Below, piece by piece: positions 11,667 to 23,591 of a DNA stretch of 50,784 nucleotides. Location: assembly GCA_032718475.1 (NCBI GenBank), contig JAUCBJ010001918.1:1-50784 (forward strand). The letters are read 5' to 3'. A program made the translations under genes and the position numbers. Numbering within the stretch: the stretch's first letter is position 1; every line of letters begins with the position of its first letter. This DNA is from Nemertoderma westbladi. Lineage: Eukaryota; Animalia; Xenacoelomorpha. The notes under the pieces were generated by a model, which was not told where the DNA came from, did not search any database, and saw nothing but the letters and a program-made list of their open reading frames with translations.

Positions 11667-13427
11667 GGTCGATGGTTTCGATAGATATTTAATAACAATA
11701 AAATGTATATATATAATATTTTCTCATCAATAACAGAAGCAGAATAAACTCACAGTATGCTATGCAGTAGAGCATTGTAGGCCTACGTACAGTAAGTAAG
11801 GTTCACGTTCAGTGTTAATTAGAAAGGCAACAGTTGAACAGCAAAAAAGTAAAAGAAGTTAGGCTACCCTACCGTCATGCGTCATACCGTAGGTGGTAGG
11901 TCAGTAGGTAAGGTGCTCGACTGACCATAATAAATTATATCCAAACCGGGCCATACAGCAACTGAGCAATGGCAAATAAGCGATGCTGCTTGCTGCAGGC
12001 GAGCGAAGCGAGCTAAAATCCCGCGAGCGAAGCGAGCTAATGTTTTGGGGTTATGTTACGGTATGTCTGTTGTTAATGTGTTTTTTGAATTAGCTGAATA
12101 GAGTAAACTCTAACCATAACATAATCCTTAACAATCAATACTGAATACTGGAATACACAATAAACAGATAAACCCGGGAAACAAGTGTGACATTTGATTT
12201 AAACAATTATGTCAGTACGTGTCCCAAGAGAAACCATTGAAGCTTTGGGACACCAGGCGCCAGGACATGTCACTCAAAAACTCAAAACCTTAGTGGTCGG
12301 TGAAACAATCTCACTCTTCTGCAGTGAATACACGATCGTAGGGCCATCGCGCAGGACGAGGCTCAGTTATCAGATACAGATTAAAATTGAGCAATTATAT
12401 CCCAAAATCGGTACTTAAGAAATTTAAATAAATAAATAAGAAATTTAACCAAACCGCCTATAAGAATAAATCAAAGAAGAAAGGAAAGTTCCCCTTTACC
12501 TTATGCCGATAGTATTGATACTGGAATATTAATTTATCATGTCAATGCCTCAACGAAATCATTTAGCTAAAATATCTAAAGAATCACCATTAAATTCAGC
12601 CAATCATTGTGCAAGATAGAGAAAGCTCAGTGGAAGGATGATTACAATGTTTCCCAGCTAGGCAATATCACATGTATCAAGAACGTCAAGCAGCCAAGAC
12701 TAGATGTATAGAGTGATGGAATGCATTTTAACTTAATTACGTTTAGATCAATTAAAAACACATTTCTTAAAGCAAATCTCTTGAACTAATTAAAAACTAT
12801 AATGGAATGGTGTATGGGGATTACAGCAGTATAACTTTTAAGTATAATTATTTAAATCTTATACTAGAAAATAATTAATATCCTTTAAGGAGGCAGGTTG
12901 AAATTGGTGTTTTTACCCTAATCAACTTAATTAACTAATTAACTGCTATTATCTTCTGATCTTAGCTTCTCGAAGGCCACGCGAAAATTCAACTTGGAAA
13001 ATTTCAAAACTTTGGCCAGACTACATGTGTACTAAGTTTGGTTAAATTTCATTATCATTTGGCTGAGTTATTAACGTTTACAATTGGAATTGGACACAAC
13101 AGAACGACAGAACAACAGACACACCGATTGAGTTAGTGGTACCGGTACCTGTATGCCACAGAACATGGTAGAGTACCGGTACCTCACCTCAGTCTGTCAG
13201 TACCTGTCTGCCTGTAACTGCAATGAAAAGCAAACTGTCTCGGCGGTCTGTCTGACCTAATCTCACCATACTGCCATAACTGCATAAGCAAATACCGTAA
13301 GGAAATAAATGCAAAAGTAAAGTAGGCCTACGGGCTACGGCCCTACGGCTGTACGGAATGAAATAGGCCTAATCAATAATGGTTGAACAGTTGAATGGAA
13401 AGGTTTCTTGTCTGACTGTGGAGATCC

Positions 13428-13555
13428 GAGATCAACTACAACTGTACGATCTGTATCCCGTGTTGTGCTGAGTGCTGGAGTGGAAGATCAACTACGATCT
13501 GTATCCCCTGTTGTGTTGAGTGGAAGATCGACTACGGTACGATCTGTATCCCATG
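13428..13555. repeat. Three degenerate ~45-55-bp direct repeats
   Basis: gatc(a/g)actac...acgatctgtatccc...tgttgtg repeated three times. Confidence 0.75.
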
Positions 13556-14182
13556 TCCCATTTTCTTGTCAACAGGCAGACAGGCATTCACTGATGCCTG
13601 AACGAAATAAGTCAGTAAGTGTAGGCCTCAAGCAGTAAGTAAATCAAAGTTAGCCGGCATTCAGACGTTAAGCTGTTAAGAGTCTAACCAAGCTGCCAAG
13701 GACTACCTGACAGCCTGACTACTGAAGCTTCAGTCTGTCAGTACGGTAGTCTGGTAGTCTTTGAGAGTCTAACCAAATAATCTGCTTTTCAGTACCGGTA
13801 TTACGATAAATCCAAATTTATCAGAAATTCAAATGTACAACTGTACTGCATTTCAATGTATTGCATCATACGGTACATCATGCTCACGCAACTGTATGTG
13901 TTCTGGTGTTGCCTAGTTACGTTATGGCAATAAAAGCGATAATGATGCAATACTGTATACACATTTTTTTTAAACAAAAATCTTCTTGAGAACCAAGTTG
14001 AATGAACAAAATATGAAATATATATTCTGTGACCTCCCGACGAGTTTCCGGGCAGAGCCTTGTGTCAAAAAAATTTAGTTTGAATTCAAAATGTTTCCAA
14101 AAACAATAATTAGTATTGAAAAAGTCTTCCAATCATCAATATTACACCATAGTTACACTGAAGCAATTCTTCATCCACCAGT

Positions 14183-14475
14183 TAGCTGCTCTGGAGTGGT
14201 CACGCCTTTGCTTCTAGCTGGCTAGGTCACGGGTTCGATCCCGGTCCGAACCAGTTTGAAATTCGTAACTATGGTGCGCCAACCCAGCGATATGGGAATT
14301 GGGAACGGATTCTGCTAGAGGAGTAAATAAAAAGGGTTGGATATTTATGTAGGGTTCACCCTTGGGAATCAGTGTGGCGCCCTACGCGCCTTCTGTAGGT
14401 AGCCAAGAAAGTGAGCCTTCGGGTTGCCTCCAGTTGTTTCGTGTTCATGTTCAACTCCCCTCATGTTCAACTTTA
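14183..14475 (+). mobile_element. tRNA-derived SINE
   Basis: A-box-like ctggagtggtc (~14191), B box GGTTCGATCCC (14232-14242), about 200-bp body, short repeated tail catgttcaact; no convincing cloverleaf. Confidence 0.65.
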
Positions 14476-14614
14476 CCGATCATTTTTTCTTTAATTCTTC
14501 GTACTTTTTAATTATTTCTTGGTATTGAGATTGAGGGTATTTATACAATAATGTCTTATGTTACTTATAATGGCTTTGCAAAGATTATAAATCTGTCACA
14601 GACATCTAAATTTC

Positions 14615-15208
14615 GTTGCCGACCAAAAATTATTAATTTATGGTCGACCAAAAATTATTAATTTATGGTCGGCCATAACTTAATTCCTGGTTGTTTGAAT
14701 TTCCCGGTAACTTGTAGGTCGAGATTTTGACTGGCCATTCATTGGTTAGGGTAGTGGGAAACCATCCAATTGCACGTTTATTTGAATGTATTTACTTAAA
14801 GTAACCAATGAATGGCCTGTCCAAATCTCACCCTACAAGGTACCGGGAAATTCAAACTTCCAGAAATTAATTTATGGTCGACCATAAATTAATTTTTGGT
14901 AAACCATAAATTAATTTTTGGTAAACCATAAATAAATTTTTGGTCGACCATAAATGATTTATTGGTCGACCATAAATTAATTTTTGGTCGACCATAAATT
15001 AATTTTTAGTTGACCATAAATTAATCTTTGGCCGACCCGTCGACCATAAATTAAATTTTTGTCGACCATAAATTATGACGTCATGGAGAATTTCTGGGAA
15101 AAAAATAAAAAATTAATTAATTAATTGGCAAAGATCAGCCACCGTTTACTAATGACGAAAAGGAGTAAGAAACAAGCGCGAAATCGCGCAAAGGTCCGCG
15201 TCTACTAA
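14615..15208. mobile_element. Foldback / non-autonomous DNA element: long imperfect hairpin plus ~22-bp tandem repeats
   Basis: Arm ~14640-14747 is inverted at ~14802-14910; ggtcgaccataaattaattttt repeats to ~15075; terminal hairpin gcgcgaaatcgcgc at ~15176. Confidence 0.55.
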
Positions 15209-15635
15209 CGCATAAACTGTCTCCTCGAATGGCTTACTTCCAAATCTTACTATCAAAAAAATTCACCGGAATGGGAGGATTGAACTCGGTACCTAGAGAT
15301 TCCAAGTCATTCGCCCATATAACCAATCATTCTATGTATATACAGTTAGAAAGAGGGAAATTTAAAAACCGTACGTTGGTAAAGGTACAGTCAGTATCTT
15401 GCTGTCTGTCTGTCTTCGGCCATCTCTTGGTAATGCTTGTACTGCTACAGCCTACCGGCGGTATGTAATTGTATTTTGCGGTACGATACGTTATGGGGAT
15501 GGAATGCACGTCCTAATCGTCAACGTTATCCACTGACCCATCGAATAGACGTAATCGATTTTGAGAATCCTGTACCATACACTGCACTGCCTGACTACCA
15601 GACTCCAGACTGCTGCACGCTGCACCGCACCCAAC

Positions 15636-15671
15636 CAAGGCCATCTAAATAACGTTATTTAGATGGCCTTG
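15636..15671. repeat. Perfect 36-bp palindrome
   Basis: caaggccatctaaataac|gttatttagatggccttg, no spacer. Confidence 0.95.
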
Positions 15672-15936
15672 ACCGCTCCAGACACCACACCACTCACCAG
15701 TACTGAGAGTGAGAGACTGACACACTACTACAGTTGACAGTTTGAGACACTAAAAAATAGGCCCACTTATTACTTTGCTCTTTCTTGGAAGTCAGGAAGT
15801 GCACCTAACTGCCTAACAGCCGAAGTAATTTGTAACCAAACCATACAGCCATATAGATGTATAGGCATAGGCCTATACTGCTGACTGCAGTACTGCTATG
15901 TATGTATATCACTACTGTACTACAGTACTATGTTCA

Positions 15937-17856
15937 ATGTTTCGCGTATTAACTATCAATGGCATTAGTAATACAGTCAGTGTTATAAAACCTTCAGTTT
16001 TCGTATTAACCTGTTACCAATCTTCCTACAAACTACGACAAACTTTCACTGTAAACCGAAGACGCGCAAACTCTCAAGATTGTAACACTCAGAGTCAGCC
16101 ATTCGATATTGCCATGGCTACCAACTCAGAGCATCACATTATCAAGGAAGGACTGGCGGAAATCATGTGCCCTTCAGCCAATCAGGTCTTCTACAATCCA
16201 GTACAAGAGTTCAACCGCGATCTAACGGTGGCGGTTGTTAATGTTGAGATAGTTGCGACCCTGGGTGGCACCAATAATGTGGCGCAGTGCGACGAACTTA
16301 GCCACGAAACTTCCGCCAACCGAAAGCGATTCGCAATCCTCGAAGCTCTCTCGGCTACTGGACTGCGTTCTATTCGCTTCGCCAAGGAGGTCCCGGGTGT
16401 AACCATGGTGACAGCCAATGACATATCGAGTTCGGCCGCGGCGATTATTGCGGCAAACATCGAGCGTAACGGGGTGGGTCATCTGGTAACCCCTAGCAAC
16501 CGGGACGCGGTCGCACTGATGAAGGAGTCCGCGGGTTCCTATGACGTCATCGACGTGGACCCGTACGGAAGTCCGTGTGGGTTCCTGGACGCGGCGGTAG
16601 AGGGCGTCACAAGCGGCGGACTCCTGTGCATCACCTTCACAGACGTCGCCATCCTCCACGGGAAGAACCCCGAGACCTGCTACGCCCGCTACGGGGCGTC
16701 CTCGTTGCGTGCCGGATGCGGCCACGAGATGGCGCTACGCATCGGGCTCCATGCCGTCAGCCAATCAGCGGCGCGCCACGGCCGATACATAGAGCCGCTG
16801 GTCTCTCTCCGCGCCGACTTCTACATCCGTCTGTTCGTCAGGGTTACTCGCGGGCAATCCGTTGTCAAGGGCAACGCGGCCGCTACCAGTATCGTCTATA
16901 TGTGTCCGCATTGCGAGTCGCACTGGTTGCAGCCGCTAGGGGGCGCCAGAGGGCCAGACAGTCGGGGACAGCCGCTCTACTGTGCCGCCTCGGCGGTGGA
17001 GATGCCCCCTGGCGGACGCTGCGCGCATTGCGGAACGGGACTGCGCGTCGGCGGCCCTATCTGGGCCGGTCCGATCCACAGCCGGGAGTATATCGGGAGA
17101 ATTCTAGCACATCTGGGGAGTGGCGCCATCCAGCGGCCGGTTGACGGAACTCCACCGGACGCCACCCAGCGGCCAGTAGAGGCAACACAACCTGACGCCA
17201 CCCATCGGCCGGTAGAGGGACCTCCACGTTACGCCACCCAGCGGCTGGTTGACGGAACTCCTCCACGGTACGCCACCCAACGACGGATGGAAGGCACCCT
17301 CGCCGTAATGTTGGAGGAGCTCCCAGACGTCCCGCTCCATTACTCCATCGATAAACTCTCCGCCGCTCTGAAGCTACGCGGCTCCCCCACCCAGTTGGAG
17401 CTGCGCAGCGCGCTCATTGCAGCGGGTTACACCGTCTCCTACTGCCACACAAATAAACTATCAGTTAAAACCAACGCGCCGGCCCGCGTCCTCTGGGACC
17501 TCATGTTGCTATGGCACCGAGCGCACTCGGACACGGACCCCACTCCCTCCTCGGTGTCGGCTGTCTGTCAGCTACGCCGACGGACACCCGACATCGTCGC
17601 CGACTTTACGGTCCGTCCCGAAGCCACGCCGCCCTCCAAGTTTAATAAACTCGCGCGATTCCCGTTGAATCCGACGCCAAACTGGGGCCCTGGGAGTCGG
17701 GCGAAACGGCTGGCAAACAACCCGGAGGATTTAGTCGCTAAACGTTTGAGATTGCAAGGGAAGCGGTCTGGGGGAAGTAAACAGTCTGAAGGTAACGGCA
17801 CAACGTTGGCAGATAGTGGCACAGTGTCAGTAGATAGCGACAGTGTCGGTAGATAG
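15937..17856 (+). CDS. TRMT1: tRNA (guanine26-N2)-dimethyltransferase Trm1, uninterrupted CDS; in-frame starts possible at 15898, 15937 and 16114 (gccATGg)
   Basis: VFYNPVQEFNRDL, ILEALSATGLRSIRFAKE, DVIDVDPYGSP, DFYIRLFVRV, two CxxC motifs, GGPIWAGPIH, PNWGP. Confidence 0.95.
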   Translation: MFRVLTINGISNTVSVIKPSVFVLTCYQSSYKLRQTFTVNRRRANSQDCNTQSQPFDIAMATNSEHHIIKEGLAEIMCPSANQVFYNPVQEFNRDLTVAVVNVEIVATLGGTNNVAQCDELSHETSANRKRFAILEALSATGLRSIRFAKEVPGVTMVTANDISSSAAAIIAANIERNGVGHLVTPSNRDAVALMKESAGSYDVIDVDPYGSPCGFLDAAVEGVTSGGLLCITFTDVAILHGKNPETCYARYGASSLRAGCGHEMALRIGLHAVSQSAARHGRYIEPLVSLRADFYIRLFVRVTRGQSVVKGNAAATSIVYMCPHCESHWLQPLGGARGPDSRGQPLYCAASAVEMPPGGRCAHCGTGLRVGGPIWAGPIHSREYIGRILAHLGSGAIQRPVDGTPPDATQRPVEATQPDATHRPVEGPPRYATQRLVDGTPPRYATQRRMEGTLAVMLEELPDVPLHYSIDKLSAALKLRGSPTQLELRSALIAAGYTVSYCHTNKLSVKTNAPARVLWDLMLLWHRAHSDTDPTPSSVSAVCQLRRRTPDIVADFTVRPEATPPSKFNKLARFPLNPTPNWGPGSRAKRLANNPEDLVAKRLRLQGKRSGGSKQSEGNGTTLADSGTVSVDSDSVGR

Positions 17857-18259
17857 CGGCACAGTGTCAGTAGAAACCGCAAATCTCAAGGTACAGAGAA
17901 CGGTATAGACTAGTTTATGTTGACAACTAGATCCTGTGCGGCGGAGACAACCGGGTGGTTCTCATTATCCGTATCTCAACCGGGTGGTACCAACTGGTTC
18001 GTTATAGTCATTTATCTTGGATTCAACAAATTTATTAATATATTTTACTAATAATATATTCCGTCTCAAAAATATTTAAGTCTCAAAATATATTTATTTA
18101 TTTTTGACGTATCTTTGGATAATCGGGGTATTTATGTATTTGTGGATGAGATCAACATTAACGTTTGGTTGATGTGCTAAAATGCGAGCTTTTAGTTTTA
18201 TTCTTAAATTGTTAAATTTTGGACAGAAAATATCCCATAAATAATATATAAATAATAAC

Positions 18260-21200
18260 GCTAATAGTGACTACCTTAGAGCTACATCATGCTACATGCT
18301 CTGCTAATAGTGACTACCTTAGAGCTACATCATGCTACATGCTCTGCTAATAGTGACTACCTTAAAGCTACACCATGCTACATGCTCTGCTAATAGAGAC
18401 TACCTTAGAGCTCCATCATGCTACATGCTCTGCTAATAGAGACTACCTTAGAGCTACATCATGCTACATGCTCTGCTAATAGTGACTACCTTAGAGCTAC
18501 ATCATGCTACGTTCTCTGCTAATAGTGACTACCTTAGAGCTACATCATGCTACATGCTCTGCTAATAGTGACTACCTTAGAGCTACATCATGCTACATGC
18601 TCTGCTAATAGTGACTACCTTAAAGCTACACCATGCTACATGCTCTGCTAATAGAGACTACCTTAGAGCTCCATCATGCTACATGCTCTGCTAATAGAGA
18701 CTACCTTAGAGCTACATCATGCTACATGCTCTGCTAATAGAGACTACCTTAGAGCTCCATCATGCTACATGCTCTGCTAATTGAGACTACCTTAGGGCTA
18801 CATCATGCTACATGCTCTGCTAATAGTGAGTACCTTAGAGTAGAGCTACATCATGCTACATTCTCTGCTAATAGAGACTACCTTAGAGCTCCATCATGCT
18901 ACATTATCTGCTAATAGTGACTACCTTAGAGCTACATCATGCTACATGCTCTGCTAATAGTGAGTACCTTAGAGTAGAGCTACATCATGCTACATTCTCT
19001 GCTAATAGTGACTACCTTAGAGCTACATCATGCTACATTATCTGCTAATAGTGACTACCTTAGAGCTACATCATGCTACATGCTCTGCTAATAGTGACTA
19101 CCTTAGAGCTACATCATGCTACATGCTCTGCTAATAGTGACTACCTTAGAGCTACATCATGCTACATGCTCTGCTAATAGAGACTACGTTAGAGCTACAT
19201 CATGCTACATGCTCTGCTAATAGTGAGTACCTTAGAGTAGAGCTACATCATGCTACATTATCTGCTAATAGTGACTACCTTAGAGCTACATCATGCTACA
19301 TTATCTGCTAATAGTGACTACCTTAGAGCTACATCATGCTACATGCTCTGCTAATAGTGACTACCTTAGAGCTACATCATGCTACATGCTCTGCTAATAG
19401 TGACTACCTTAGAGCTACATCATGCTACATGCTCTGCTAATAGTGACTACCTTAGAGCTTCATCATGCTACATGCTCTGCTAATAGTGACTACCTTAGAG
19501 CTACATCATGCTACATGCTCTGCTAATAGTGACTACCTTAGAGCTACATCATGCTACGTGCTCTGCTAATAGTGAGTACCTTAGAGTAGAGCTACATCAT
19601 GCTACATTATCTGCTAATAGTGACTACCTTAGAGCTACATCATGCTACATTATCTGCTAATAATGACTACCTTAGAGCTACATCATGCTACATGCTCTGC
19701 TAATAGTGACTACCTTAGAGCTACATCATGCTACATGCTCTGCTAATAGTGACTACCTTAGAGCTACATCATGCTACATGCTCTGCTAATAGTGACTACC
19801 TTAGAGCTTCATCATGCTACATGCTCTGCTAATAGTGACTACCTTAGAGCTACATCATGCTACATGCTCTGCTAATAGTGACTACCTTAGAGCTACATCA
19901 TGCTACGTGCTCTGCTAATAGTGAGTACCTTAGAGTAGAGCTACATCATGCTACATTATCTGCTAATAGTGACTACCTTAGAGCTACATCATGCTACATT
20001 ATCTGCTAATAATGACTACCTTAGAGCTACATCATGCTACATGCTCTGCTAATAGAGACTATACCTTAGAGCTACATCATGCTACATGCTCTACTAATAG
20101 TGAGTACCTTAGAGCTACATCATGCTACTTGCTCTGCTAATAGAGACTACCTTAGAGTAGAGCTACCTTAGAGCTACATCATGCTACATGCTCTACTAAT
20201 AGTGAGTACCTTAGAGCTACATCATGCTACATGCTCTGCTAATAGTGAGTACCTTAGAGCTACATCATGCTACATGCTGTGCTAATAGTGACTACCTTAG
20301 AGTAGAGCTACCTTAGAGCTACATCATGCTACATGCTCTACTAATAGTGAGTACCTTAGAGCTACATCATGCTACATGCTCTGTCTGCAAATAGTGAGTA
20401 CCTTAGAGCTACATCATGCTACATGCTGTGCTAATAGTGACTACCTTAGAGCTACATCATGCTACATGCTCTGCTAATAGTGAGTACCTTAGAGTAGAGC
20501 TACATCATGCTACATGCTCTGCTAATAGTGACTACCTTAGTGCTGCATCATGCTACATGCTCTGCTAATAGTGAGTACCTTAGAGTAGAGCTACATCATG
20601 CTACATGCTCTGCTAATAGTGACTACCTTAGAGCTACATCATGCTACATTCTCTGCTAATAGTGACTACCTTGGAGCTACATCATGCTACATGCTCTGCT
20701 AATAGAGACTACCTTAGAGCTACATCATGCTACATGCTCTGCTAATAGTGAGTACCTTAGTGCTACATCATGCTACATGCTCTGCTAATAGTGACTACCT
20801 TACGGCTACATCATGCTACATGCTCTGCTAATAGTGACTACCTTAGAGCTACATCATGCTACATGCTCTGCTAATAGTGACTACCTTAGAGCTACATCAT
20901 GCTACATGCTCTGCTAATAGTGAGTACCTTAGAGCTACATCATGCTACATAGTGAGCACCTTAGAGTAGAGCTACATCATGCTACATTCTCTGCTAATAG
21001 TGACTACCTTAGAGCTACATCATGCTACATGCTTTGCTAATAGTGACTACCTTAGAGCTAAATCATGCTACATGCTCTGCTGATAGTGAGTACCTTAGAG
21101 TAGAGCTACATCATGCTACATGCTCTGCTGATAGTGAGTACCTTAGAGCTACATCATGCTACATGCTCTGCTAATAGTGACTACCTTAGTGCTACATCAT

Positions 21201-23061
21201 GCTACATGCTCTGCTAATAGTGACTACCTTAGTGCTACATCATGCTACATTCTCTGCTAATAGTGACTACCTTAGAGCTACATCATGCTACATGCTCTGC
21301 TAATAGTGACTACCTTAGAGCTACATCATGCTACATGCTCTGCTAATAGTGACTACCTTAGAGCTACATCATGCTACGTGCTCTGCTGATAGTGAGTACC
21401 TTAGAGTATAGCTACATCATGCTACATGCTCAGCTAATAGTGACTACCTTAGAGCTACATCATGCTACATGCTCTGCTAATAGTGACTACCTTAGAGCTA
21501 CATCATGCTACATGCTCTGCAAATAGTGACTACCTTAGAGCTACATCATGCTACATGCTCTGCTGATAGTGAGTACCTTAGAGTAGAGCTACATCATGCT
21601 ACATGCTCTGCTAATAGTGACTACCTTAGAGCTACATCATGCTACATGCTCTGTTAATAGTGACTACCTTAGAGCTACATCATGCTACATGCTCTGCTAA
21701 TAGTGACTACCTTAGAGCTACATCATGCTACATGCTCTGCTAATAGTGACTACCTTAGAGCTACATCATGCTACATGCTCTGCTGATAGTGAGTACCTTA
21801 GAGTAGAGCTACATCATGCTACATGCTCTGCTAATAGTGACTACCTTAGAGCTATATCATGCTACATGCTCTGTTAATAGTGACTACCTTAGAGCTACAT
21901 CATGCTACATGCTCTGCTAATAGTGAGTACCTTAGAGTAGAGCTACATCATGCTACATGCTCTGCTAATAGTGAGTACCTTAGAGTAGAGCTACATCATG
22001 CTACATGCTCTGCTAATAGTGACTACCTTAGAGCTACATCATGCTACATGATCTGCTAATAGTGACTACCTTAGAGCTACATCATGCTACATGCTCTGCT
22101 AATAGAGACTACCTTAGAGCTACATCATGCTACATGCTCTGCTAATAGAGACTACCTTAGAGTAGAGCTACACCATGCTACATGCTCTGCTAATAGTGAG
22201 TACCTTAGAGTAGAGCTACATCATGCTACATGCTCTGCTAATAGTGACTACCTTAGAGCTACATCATGCTACATGCTCTGCTAATAGTGACTACCTTAGT
22301 GCTACATCATGCTACATGCTCTGCTAATAGTGACTACCATAGAGCTACATCATGCTACATGCTCTGCTAATAGTGACTACCTTAGAGCTACATCATGCTA
22401 CGTGCTCTGCTGATAGTGAGTACCTTAGAGCTACATCATGCTACATGCTCTGCTAATAGTGAGTACGTTAGAGTAGAGCTACATCATGCTACATGCTCTG
22501 CTAATAGAGAATATACCTTAGAGCTACATCATGCTACACGCTTTGATAATAGTGACTACCTTAGAGCTACATCATGCTACATGATCTGCTAATAGAGACT
22601 ACCTTAGAGTAGAGCTACACCATGCCACATGCTCTGCTAATAGTGAGTACCTTAGAGTAGAGCTACATCATGCTACATGCTCTGCTAATAGTGACTACCT
22701 TAGAGCTACATCATGCTACATGCTCTGCTAATAGTGACTACCTTAGAGCTACATCATGCTACATGCTCTGCTGATAGTGAGTACCTTAGAGTAGAGCTAC
22801 ATCATGCTACATGCTCTGCTAATAGTGACTACCTTAGAGCTACATCATGCTACATGCTCTGCTAATAGAGACTACCTTAGAGTAGAGCTACACCATGCTA
22901 CATGCTCTGCTAATAGTGAGTACCTTAGAGTAGAGCTACATCATGCTACATGCTCTGCTAATAGTGACTACCTTAGAGCTACATCATGCTACATGCTCTG
23001 CTAATAGTGACTACCTTAGAGCTACATCATGCTACATGCTCTGCTAATAGTGACTACCTTA
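18260..23061. repeat. 43-bp (variant 48-bp) satellite array, about 108 units; minus strand carries TAAG|GTAGTC in each unit
   Basis: Unit gctaatagtgactaccttagagctacatcatgctacatgctct; 5-nt gtaga insertion variant; local higher-order periods of 258 and 349 bp. Confidence 0.98.
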
Positions 23062-23108
23062 TATCTATATCCTCTACTTTGCGGCGGTTTTTCATAAACA
23101 TTCGATGG
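23058..23108 (-). CDS. Candidate 51-nt symmetric cassette exon (PSNVYEKPPQSRGYRYK) in the CFAP70 intron
   Basis: Acceptor ttgcctgcag|, donor TAAG|gtagtc coinciding with the start of the 43-bp array; open in phase 0. No homology support that I can recall. Confidence 0.35.
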
Positions 23109-23591
23109 CTGCAGGCAATCAATAGAATTAATATAATTAATATCAGCAAAATTTACAACAAAATAATAATAGAATAGATCAATGCTTGTAAATGTATTCC
23201 AATTGAAAGTTAACATTGTTGAATGATTATGCAGATCAGATACAGCATAGAGATCCTATAGATTGAGTTGATCGCTGATCGGTTGGTAGCATTTTATTAC
23301 TATTTATTGCAAAATAATGTAATAAATAGTAATAAAATTACTTTATTTGCTACCTTAACTTTATAGCGGCGACGACGTATTGTCGACTTGCTATAAAACA
23401 ATGCGAGCGCGATTCAAACAAACAGTGTCCAATAAATGCCTTAATCATAATGGGTAAAATAACTAGCTCCATAATATTCATGCCAAATATTATTATGATT
23501 ACAACAAATATTTTTGTAAGTTTTACGAAATTACAAGAACGTACTCGTACTCTGTAGTTATGAGATTTCCATCACCCACCTTTACCTTTCA

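Noticed and set aside
11997-12040. gcgagcgaagcgagctaa repeated twice upstream of EPRS
   Set aside because: Too short to assign; probably a transposon-end fragment.
14183-14255. tRNA gene
   Set aside because: A and B boxes present but no convincing acceptor or anticodon stems; continues into a SINE-like body.
15270-15330. Minus-strand B-box-like GAGTTCAATCC
   Set aside because: Possibly a decayed SINE head, too degenerate to call.
18132-18176. Possible terminal exon (ttttag|HINQTLMLISSTNT*) on the minus strand
   Set aside because: In phase with the candidate cassette exon, but CFAP70 homology continues at 362; such short AG-bounded frames arise by chance.
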